Positions 9,688-17,025 of a stretch of 64,000 nucleotides of DNA are shown piece by piece (the first letter of the stretch is position 1; each line of letters begins with the position of its first letter). The position numbers and the translations under genes are program-made. The DNA comes from Micropruina sp. (GTDB lineage: Bacteria; Actinomycetota; Actinomycetes; Propionibacteriales; Propionibacteriaceae): assembly GCF_047606665.1 (NCBI RefSeq), contig NZ_JASGEF010000047.1:34172-98171 (forward strand), read 5' to 3'. Under the pieces are notes generated by a model that was given only the letters and a program-made list of their open reading frames with translations, was not told where the DNA came from and did not search any database.

Positions 9688-10275
9688 ATGAGTGAGGGCG
9701 AACAGTCGGACGAGCGCCGGGCGCTCGTTCGATCGTCGGCGGCGGAGTACCTGACCTTCGTTGCCGCCACGGGCGACGGCGGTGGTGCGGTCGAGCTGCG
9801 CTACGAGGACGAGAACATCTGGCTGACTCAGAAGCTGATGGCTGAGCTGTATGGAGTCTCGGTCCAGATGGTAAGTAAGCACCTCCAGACGCTGTTCGAG
9901 AGTGGCGAGCTGCAGCCGGAGTCAGTTATCAAGCGATACTTGATAACTGCCGCCGACGGGAAGAACTACAACACGCAGCACTGCAGCCAGTTCTTGAACC
10001 GCCTCGTCTCGATGTACCTCGACTTCGCAGAGTTCCAGGCGATGCGCAAGGTCCCCATGTCGATTCAGGACTTGGCCGCCCGGCTCGACGGCTTCCTCGA
10101 GTTCAATGGCACCGAGATCCTGGTCGGCCCCGGCAGAGTCTCAGCGGAGCAGGCAAAGCTGCACGCCGAAACAGAATTCGAGCGGCACCGGACCGTCCAA
10201 GATCGGCTGTTCAGTAGTGACTTCGACCGCTTCCTCGAAGCTTCGGACGTGAGTGACAAGGAGACGGCGCAATGA
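9688..10275 (+). CDS. RhuM-family-like protein, short form (195 aa)
   Basis: The N-terminal part (VELRYEDENIWLTQKLMAELYGVSVQMVSKHLQTLFESGELQPESVIKRYLITAADGKNYNTQH) and C-terminal part (NRLVSMYLDFAEFQAMRKVPMSIQDLAARLDGFLEFNGTEIL) match my recollection of the two ends of ~330-aa RhuM proteins. The central region is absent. Confidence 0.6.
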   Translation: MSEGEQSDERRALVRSSAAEYLTFVAATGDGGGAVELRYEDENIWLTQKLMAELYGVSVQMVSKHLQTLFESGELQPESVIKRYLITAADGKNYNTQHCSQFLNRLVSMYLDFAEFQAMRKVPMSIQDLAARLDGFLEFNGTEILVGPGRVSAEQAKLHAETEFERHRTVQDRLFSSDFDRFLEASDVSDKETAQ

Positions 10276-11519
10276 GTCGCATCGACGAACTGACCGCCGA
10301 GTTGTGCCCGAATGGTGTCGATTTCAGAACATTGGCCTCCGTTGGACGGTGGTACGGAGGGGGGACGCCATCTAAAGGCAAGGTCGAGTATTGGGAGAAT
10401 GGAACAATTCCGTGGGTGTCTCCGAAGGACATGGGGAGGCGGGTTGTTGATTCAGCTATCGATTCCATCACTGAAGCTGCAGTGCATGGATCGGCGACGA
10501 AGCTAGTGCCGCCAGGGTCAGTTGCGATGGTCGTTAGGTCGAGTATTCTTGACCACACTTTCCCCACTGCGCTCGTGCCCGTTGCTGTCGCTTTAAATCA
10601 GGACATGAAGGCTATTGTGCCATTTGGCGGAGTCCTCCCTGGTTATCTAGCGCATCTGCTGAACTCGCGTGGACAGGATATTCTGCGAGTCGCTAGAAAG
10701 ACCGGCGGATCCGTTGCTTCTATCGAGACCTCCAAGCTCTTCAATTTCCGAATCCCCGTGCCGCCGCTCGAGGTGCAGCGAGAAATCGTGAGAGTGCTGG
10801 ATCAGTTCACTCAGTTGGAGACGGAGCTGGCGGCGGAGTTGAAGGCGGAGCTGGAGGCGCGACGCCAGCAGTATTTCTACTACCGAGACCAACTGTTGTC
10901 CTTCCGCGAGACAGGAGGGGTCCGGTGGATTCCGATTGGTGAGGTCGGAACGATCTTCCGGGGCAAGAGATTCACGAAGGATGATTACGTCGTCGAGGGT
11001 GGCATCGGCGTCATCCACTATGGGGAGATTTATACAGAATATGGCGTATCGGCGTCTCGCGTGAAATCGAGGGTGCGCAGTGAGATGGGCCCTTCGCTGC
11101 GGTACGCAACGAAAGGCGACGTTGTGCTGACCGACGTTGGCGAGACGGTGGTTGACGTCGGTAAGGCTGTTGCGTGGCTTGGTGAGGAGGACGTAGCCAT
11201 CCACGACCACTGCTATGTGATCCGGTCTGATGTTGACGCTACTTACCTTGCGTATGTAATGCAGACAAGTGCATTCACCAGAGAGAAAGGAAAGCACATC
11301 GCGCGAACGAAGGTGAAGACGTTGTTGCTCAACGGGCTGAAGCGGATCGTCGTCCCCGTCCCGCCGCTGGAAGAACAGCGTCGGATCGTCGCGATCCTCG
11401 ACAAGTTCGACGCCCTCGTCAACGACCTGAGTGTGGGTCTTCCTGCCGAACTCAACGCGCGCCGAAAGCAGTACGAGTACTACCGCGACAAGCTGCTGAC
11501 TTTCCGCGAGGCGGCATGA
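10272..11519 (+). CDS. hsdS: Type I restriction-modification system, specificity subunit S
   Basis: 415 aa with two target-recognition halves. Each ends in a conserved coiled-coil repeat (LEVQREIVRVLDQFTQLETELAAELKAELEARRQQYFYYRDQLLSF and LEEQRRIVAILDKFDALVNDLSVGLPAELNARRKQYEYYRDKLLTF). GC looks lower than the surroundings by eye. ATGA overlap with the preceding ORF. Confidence 0.93.
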   Translation: MSRIDELTAELCPNGVDFRTLASVGRWYGGGTPSKGKVEYWENGTIPWVSPKDMGRRVVDSAIDSITEAAVHGSATKLVPPGSVAMVVRSSILDHTFPTALVPVAVALNQDMKAIVPFGGVLPGYLAHLLNSRGQDILRVARKTGGSVASIETSKLFNFRIPVPPLEVQREIVRVLDQFTQLETELAAELKAELEARRQQYFYYRDQLLSFRETGGVRWIPIGEVGTIFRGKRFTKDDYVVEGGIGVIHYGEIYTEYGVSASRVKSRVRSEMGPSLRYATKGDVVLTDVGETVVDVGKAVAWLGEEDVAIHDHCYVIRSDVDATYLAYVMQTSAFTREKGKHIARTKVKTLLLNGLKRIVVPVPPLEEQRRIVAILDKFDALVNDLSVGLPAELNARRKQYEYYRDKLLTFREAA

Positions 11520-12532
11520 TCCCTGCCTTCTTCATCCCGAACCCGCAGTGGCGCGAGCAGATCGACGCGATCGTCGAACTGGTCGGGCGCATCGGCGTCT
11601 TGGAGCAGCTCTCTGCGGGTGTGTTGGAACTGCGGCGGCGCAACCGGGTGCTGGCGGTGAGCAGTTCGACGGCGATCGAAGGCAACACGCTGTCGCTCGC
11701 GCAGGTGGAGGCGATCGCGAAAGGTGAACCTGTCTTCGCGGCGCCGCGTGAGGTGCTGGAGAACCAGAACGCGCTCGCGGCGTACGCCGCCCTCGACGAC
11801 CTGGATCCGTGGAGCGTGCCCGACCTGCTGCGCGCGCACGCCATCCTCACCGGTGGGCTCGTAACCGAGTCCGGAGCCTTCCGCACAGTTGGTGTGGACA
11901 TTGTGAACCCGAAGGGTGAGGTGCTGCACAGCGGCTCGCGCCCAGCGAAGGTGCCCCGCCTGGTGGCGGAGCTGTTGGATTGGGGCCGGACGTCGAACCA
12001 TCACCCGCTCGTGGTGTCCAGCGCCGTCCACTACCTGATCGAGCACATCCATCCCTTCCGTGACGGCAACGGACGCATCGGTCGACTCTGGCAGACGCTG
12101 ATCCTCAGCAGATGGCGACCGCTGTTCGCGTCGGTGCCGGTCGAATCGCTGATCCGCGACAACCAAGCCGGGTACTACCTGGCCCTCCAGGCGTCCCACG
12201 AGCCCGAGATCGACGCTGCGCCGTTCATCGACTACATGCTCGCCATCATCACGCAGACGCTCACCGAGTACGAGCGCCAGGTCCAACGAAGCACGTCGCC
12301 TGACGAGGTAAATGACGAGGCAAGTGACGACCTAAACCAGCGTCTGCTCGCGGTGCTGCGCCAGCACCCGCAGTGGAGCGCGGAGCGGATCGGCCGGCAC
12401 CTGGGTGTGAGCACGCGCACGGTGCAGCGTCACCGCAACCAGCTTCGCGACGCAGGCCGCGTCCGGCACGTCGGCCCGGCGAAGACGGGCCACTGGGAGG
12501 TGATCGATGCAGATCGAGCAGGAGAGCAATGA
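11516..12532 (+). CDS. Fic/DOC family protein with C-terminal winged-HTH
   Basis: Fic motif HPFRDGNGRIGRLW. N-terminal inhibitory-helix-type motif STAIEGN, i.e. (S/T)xxxE(G/N). C-terminal HTH-like segment RIGRHLGVSTRTVQRHRNQLRDAGRVRHVG. ATGA overlap with the hsdS stop. Confidence 0.9.
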   Translation: MIPAFFIPNPQWREQIDAIVELVGRIGVLEQLSAGVLELRRRNRVLAVSSSTAIEGNTLSLAQVEAIAKGEPVFAAPREVLENQNALAAYAALDDLDPWSVPDLLRAHAILTGGLVTESGAFRTVGVDIVNPKGEVLHSGSRPAKVPRLVAELLDWGRTSNHHPLVVSSAVHYLIEHIHPFRDGNGRIGRLWQTLILSRWRPLFASVPVESLIRDNQAGYYLALQASHEPEIDAAPFIDYMLAIITQTLTEYERQVQRSTSPDEVNDEASDDLNQRLLAVLRQHPQWSAERIGRHLGVSTRTVQRHRNQLRDAGRVRHVGPAKTGHWEVIDADRAGEQ

Positions 12533-12622
12533 CTGTCGAGCAGGAGATGCAAGCGACTGCCGCTCACGGGCTGAGTCTGTGACCGGCTGGCTGATGTGCG
12601 AGGGTGCCTCTCGACGCTGCCG

Positions 12623-12648
12623 TAGCATCAGGTAGATCTCTCATCTAC
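12623..12648 (+). promoter_or_regulatory. Candidate internal promoter/operator for phd-vapC-hsdR
   Basis: -10-like TAGCAT (12623-12628) is followed by the inverted repeat GTAGAT-CTCTC-ATCTAC (12632-12648), 10 nt before the phd ATG. It lies in the only sizeable gap (125 nt) of the operon. Confidence 0.4.
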
Positions 12649-12657
12649 TCTTGGGCC

Positions 12658-12912
12658 ATGAACGCCATTTCGGTCGCCGAACTGCGACAGAACCCCACTG
12701 AAGCGCTGGCGCGCGCCGAGGCCGGCGAGACTGTCATCATCACCCGTCACCGTCACCCCATCGCCAAGATCGTCCCGCTGGACGCGCCGGGCGTCGCCCT
12801 CATCCCCGCGCGTAAGCGGGGGCGGGCCAACCTCGATGAGCTGCTTGGTCCCCCACGGCGAACCCACGACGAAGTCGAAGCGTTGCTGGCCGAGATGAAA
12901 GAGGATCGGTGA
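12658..12912 (+). CDS. Phd/YefM-type antitoxin
   Basis: MNAISVAELRQNPTEALARAEAGETVIITRHRHPIAKIVPL, a typical Phd/YefM N-terminal fold sequence. 84 aa. Its stop overlaps the vapC GTG (GTGA). Confidence 0.85.
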   Translation: MNAISVAELRQNPTEALARAEAGETVIITRHRHPIAKIVPLDAPGVALIPARKRGRANLDELLGPPRRTHDEVEALLAEMKEDR

Positions 12913-13310
12913 ATCGCTACTACCTCGACAGTTCGGTGGCGGCGCACGCGATCCTCGCCGGTGGTCACGCACGGGAGTGGCTAGCCGGTGTCACGGGTGA
13001 CGACGGTGCGGAACTGATGTCCTCGCGACTACTGCAGACCGAACTCACTCGCACGCTCCGCCGGGAGGGGATCCCCGTCGCCGAGCGGGGCGCGGTTCTC
13101 GACTACGTCGCCCTGATCCCGATCACCGAGTCGATCCTGGCCGCCGCCGAGGCGATCACCGAACACACCAAGACACTCGACGCCATCCATCTCGCCAGCG
13201 CGCTGGCCATGGGAGGAGACCTCGAACTCGCCACCCACGACATGAACATGCGTCGCCTCGCAGAACTGCTGGGGCTGCGAGTCATCGACCCGGTTGCTGG
13301 AACGTCGTGA
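12909..13310 (+). CDS. vapC: VapC (PIN domain) ribonuclease toxin
   Basis: 133 aa. N-terminal YYLDSSV (first acidic PIN residue), DAIHLASAL and a THD segment. Paired with the upstream Phd-type antitoxin. Confidence 0.85.
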   Translation: MNRYYLDSSVAAHAILAGGHAREWLAGVTGDDGAELMSSRLLQTELTRTLRREGIPVAERGAVLDYVALIPITESILAAAEAITEHTKTLDAIHLASALAMGGDLELATHDMNMRRLAELLGLRVIDPVAGTS

Positions 13311-16300
13311 CCGACGTACCTGCCCGTCGCTACGACCCGATCGCGGTGTCCGCGGAAAGCACCGTCGTGGCCGAGTACGTCCCCGAGGCGGTGGCAGAGG
13401 CCGCCTACCAGTCGGAGGCCGGGCTGGAGCGGGAGTTCATCCGACTACTGCAGTCGCAGGCGTACGAGTACCTGCCGATCACGTCCGAGGAGCAGCTGGT
13501 CGCGAACCTCCGCAACCAGCTGGAAGCGCTGAACCAGATCACCTTCTCCGACTCGGAGTGGCGGGACTTCTTCGAGAACACGATTGCCGGCAAGAACGAC
13601 GGCATCGCCGAGAAGACCGTACGCATCCAAGAGGATCACGTTCAGCTTCTCAAGCGCGACGACGGTTCGACGAAGAACATCACACTGCTGGACAAGCAGA
13701 ACATCCACAACAACCGGCTGCAGGTGATCAACCAGTACACCAACGAAGGCCGAGTGCAGTCGGACGGAGTCCGAACTGCTGAGGCCGAGGCAGGTGTCGA
13801 CGAGCGTAGCGAGGAACATGAGGTCGACCGAGCCGACCCGGCCGACGAGGGCAGTGCGAGCGGGCGCTACGGGAACCGCTACGACGTGACGGTGCTGGTG
13901 AACGGTCTGCCGATGGTGCACATCGAACTCAAGCGGCGCGGTGTGGACATCCGTGAGGCGTTCAACCAGATCGACCGCTACCAGCGCGACAGCTTCTGGG
14001 CGGGCTCCGGTCTGTTCGAGTACGTGCAGCTGTTCGTCATCAGCAACGGCACGCTGACGAAGTACTACTCGAACACGACCCGCAGCCAGCACCTCAAGGA
14101 AGGTCAGGTGTCGGCACGCTCAGCCAGTGGTCGCAACCGCAAGACGTCGAACAGCTTCGAGTTCACGTCGTGGTGGGCGGACGCGCAGAACAGGCCGATC
14201 CAAGACCTGACCTCGTTCGCGAGGACGTTCTTCGCCAAGCATGCGCTGCTGAACATCCTGACCCGCTATTGCGTGCTCACCGCCGACCGGATGCTGCTGG
14301 TGATGCGGCCGTACCAGATCGTGGCGACGGAGCGGATTCTGCAGCGCATCGAGATCGCCACCAACTACAAGCGTCTCGGTACGATCGCCGCCGGCGGCTA
14401 CGTGTGGCATACCACCGGTTCGGGCAAGACCCTCACCAGCTTCAAGACCGCACAGCTTGCGTCGGCGTTGCCGAGTGTGGACAAGGTGCTGTTCGTCGTG
14501 GACCGCAAGGATCTCGACTACCAGACGATGCGCGAGTACGACCGCTTCCAGAAGGGCGCGGCCAACTCCAACACCTCCACGGCTGTGCTGAAGCGTCAGC
14601 TGGAAGACCCCGCCGCGCGGATCATCATCACCACGATCCAGAAGCTATCGATGTTCATCAAGGCGAACAAAGGGCATATGGTCTACGACCATCATGTGGT
14701 GATCATCTTCGACGAGTGTCACCGCTCGCAGTTCGGTGACATGCACACCGACATCACCCGCTCGTTCAAGCGGTACAACCTGTTCGGCTTCACCGGGACG
14801 CCGATCTTCGCCGCCAACAGCGGCAGCGGTGGCAACCCGCAGTTCAAGACCACCGAGCAGGCGTTCGGAGAGAAGCTGCACACCTACACGATCGTGGACG
14901 CGATCACCGACAAGAACGTGCTGCCCTTCCGCATCGACTACGTGAACACCGTCAAAGTCGGCACCGTCACCGACAAGCAGGTCTCCGCGATCGACGCGGA
15001 GAAAGCTCTCCTGGACCCGAAGCGGATCGGCGAGATCGTCAAGTACACGCTGGAGCACTTCGACCAGAAGACCAAGCGGGCCTCCAGCTACGAGCACTCC
15101 GTCGTCACCAACGTCGCCGAGGCTGCGCGCACGCGACGCCAGGAGGCCGTGCGCCAGCGCAAGCGGGTGCGCGGGTTCAACGCGATCTTCGCGACCGCCT
15201 CGATCGATGCCGCGCGCCGGTACTACAACCACTTCCACGTCCAGCAGCGCGAACTGCCACCGGACAAGCGGCTGAAGATCGGTCTCATCTACTCCTACGG
15301 CGCGAACGACGCCACCGATGACGGCATCCTCGACGACGAGGCCTTCGACACCGACGCCCTGTCGATAGATGCTCGCGGCTTCCTGGAGGATGCGATCCAG
15401 GACTACAACGACCTGTTCGGCACGAGCTACGACACCAGCGCGGAACGGTTCCAGAACTACTACAAAGATCTCTCGCAGCGACTGAAGAACCGCGAACTCG
15501 ACCTGGTGATCGTGGTCAACATGTTTCTCACCGGCTTCGACGCCACCACGCTGAACACCCTGTTCGTTGACAAGAACCTGCGCGCCCACGGCCTGATTCA
15601 GGCCTACTCGCGGACGAACCGCATCCTCAACTCCGTGAAGACCTACGGCAACATCGTCGCGTTCCGCGACCTCGAGGACGAGACCAACGCCGCGCTGGAA
15701 CTCTTCGGCAACAAGGACGCCCGCGGCGTCGTCCTACTGAAACCCTACGGCGACTACTACGGCGAGTACGCCGAGAAGGTACAGGAGTTGCTGAGCAGGT
15801 TCCCGCTCGGGCAGCCGATCATCGGGGAGCGCGCGCAGAAGGAGTTCATCCAGCTGTTCGGCGCGATCCTGCGGCTGGAGAACATCCTCACCTCCTTCGA
15901 CGACTTCGCCGGCAACGAGATCCTCACCGAACGCCAGGGGCAGGACTACCGCAGCGTCTACCTCGACCTGTACGCGGAGTTCCGCAAGGACAGAACCGCC
16001 GAGAAGGAGTTCATCAACGACGACGTGGTCTTCGAGATCGAACTCATCAAGCAGGTCGAGATCAACGTCGACTACATCCTGATGCTCGTCGCCAAGTACC
16101 GGGAGCAGTTCGGCGACGGCCAGGACAAGGAGATCCGCTCCGAGATCAGCCGCGCCGTCGACGCGAGCCCGACCCTGCGCAACAAGAAGGACCTCATCGA
16201 AGCGTTCGTGGATTCTGTTTCGGTCGACGGTGCGATCGACGAGGAATGGCAGGCGTTCATCGCAGCCAAACGAGAAGCGGAGCTGACGGCGATCATCGAG

Positions 16301-16519
16301 GAGGAGAACCTTCGCGCCGAGGAGACCCGCGCGTTCGTCGAGACCGCGTTCCGAGACGGCGCACTCCGTGCCACCGGAACTGCGATCACGAAAGTACTCC
16401 CGCCCACCTCCCGCTTCGCGGCCGGCGGAAGCCACGGCGAGAAGAAGCAGCGCGTGATCCAGAAGCTCGGCGCGTTTTTCGACCGGTTCTTCGGACTCGG
16501 TGCGGCAGGAGCTGGCTAG
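13307..16519 (+). CDS. hsdR: Type I restriction enzyme, endonuclease/translocase subunit R (EcoR124I-like)
   Basis: 1070 aa. Nuclease core NRYDVTVLVNGLPMVHIELKRRG, helicase motif I TTGSGKTLTSF, DEAH-type FDECHRSQ, motif VI QAYSRTNR. The GTG start overlaps the vapC TGA (13307-13310). Confidence 0.95.
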   Translation: MTDVPARRYDPIAVSAESTVVAEYVPEAVAEAAYQSEAGLEREFIRLLQSQAYEYLPITSEEQLVANLRNQLEALNQITFSDSEWRDFFENTIAGKNDGIAEKTVRIQEDHVQLLKRDDGSTKNITLLDKQNIHNNRLQVINQYTNEGRVQSDGVRTAEAEAGVDERSEEHEVDRADPADEGSASGRYGNRYDVTVLVNGLPMVHIELKRRGVDIREAFNQIDRYQRDSFWAGSGLFEYVQLFVISNGTLTKYYSNTTRSQHLKEGQVSARSASGRNRKTSNSFEFTSWWADAQNRPIQDLTSFARTFFAKHALLNILTRYCVLTADRMLLVMRPYQIVATERILQRIEIATNYKRLGTIAAGGYVWHTTGSGKTLTSFKTAQLASALPSVDKVLFVVDRKDLDYQTMREYDRFQKGAANSNTSTAVLKRQLEDPAARIIITTIQKLSMFIKANKGHMVYDHHVVIIFDECHRSQFGDMHTDITRSFKRYNLFGFTGTPIFAANSGSGGNPQFKTTEQAFGEKLHTYTIVDAITDKNVLPFRIDYVNTVKVGTVTDKQVSAIDAEKALLDPKRIGEIVKYTLEHFDQKTKRASSYEHSVVTNVAEAARTRRQEAVRQRKRVRGFNAIFATASIDAARRYYNHFHVQQRELPPDKRLKIGLIYSYGANDATDDGILDDEAFDTDALSIDARGFLEDAIQDYNDLFGTSYDTSAERFQNYYKDLSQRLKNRELDLVIVVNMFLTGFDATTLNTLFVDKNLRAHGLIQAYSRTNRILNSVKTYGNIVAFRDLEDETNAALELFGNKDARGVVLLKPYGDYYGEYAEKVQELLSRFPLGQPIIGERAQKEFIQLFGAILRLENILTSFDDFAGNEILTERQGQDYRSVYLDLYAEFRKDRTAEKEFINDDVVFEIELIKQVEINVDYILMLVAKYREQFGDGQDKEIRSEISRAVDASPTLRNKKDLIEAFVDSVSVDGAIDEEWQAFIAAKREAELTAIIEEENLRAEETRAFVETAFRDGALRATGTAITKVLPPTSRFAAGGSHGEKKQRVIQKLGAFFDRFFGLGAAGAG

Positions 16520-16579
16520 AGCACCGTCGTTGCCGAGTATGTCCCCGATACGACGGCGGAGGCCGCATGTCGGTCGGAG
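16520..16579 (+). pseudogene. Remnant of a second hsdR 5' end
   Basis: The 60 nt directly after the hsdR TAG match hsdR codons 18-37 (13358-13417) at 49/60 nt by my hand alignment. Translations are STVVAEYVPDTTAEAACRSE versus STVVAEYVPEAVAEAAYQSE. Confidence 0.6.
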
Positions 16580-16695
16580 CAGCTGACTGATGCTGGGCTC
16601 TCGTCTTCCGTCTCTCGCACCACCCCGACAGGAATGTCGGTGGTCGCAGCCACGTCGTTGTGGGGCTCGCGGCGGCCCGTCGGTACTCTGGGCGC

Positions 16696-17025
16696 ATGTC
16701 GAGCAACGCCGTGACGCCTGAGACGCTCGCTCTGCGCGGGCTTATTGACGCGCACCACGACGAGTTCCACGCGCTCCTGGCCAAGTACTCGGCGACGAAG
16801 CCGAAGCTGTTCGGCTCGGTCGCCCGTGGTGCCGCGCATGAGGGCAGTGACATCGACATCCTCGTCGAGATGGATCCCGCGGACGGGAATCTGCTGATGC
16901 GGGCATCGGGACTCATGGAAGAGACCAGAGAGTTGTTCGGCCGCGACGACATCGACGTGTTTCCGGTGCAGCTGCTCAAACAGCCTATCTCGCAGTCGGC
17001 GATCGAGGACGCGGTCGCACTGTGA
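16696..17025 (+). CDS. Nucleotidyltransferase-domain antitoxin (MntA-like)
   Basis: LFGSVARGAAHEGSDIDILVEM (GSxxRG..SDxDxLV minimal NTase motif). ATG 16696 lies inside ORF 16660..17025. Overlaps the HEPN gene start. Confidence 0.85.
   Translation: MSSNAVTPETLALRGLIDAHHDEFHALLAKYSATKPKLFGSVARGAAHEGSDIDILVEMDPADGNLLMRASGLMEETRELFGRDDIDVFPVQLLKQPISQSAIEDAVAL

Noticed and set aside
13294-13782. 162-aa ORF in an alternative frame at the start of hsdR
   Set aside because: It overlaps the hsdR N-terminus, which aligns convincingly (from memory) with EcoR124I HsdR. The alternative frame is Arg/Gly/Pro-rich.
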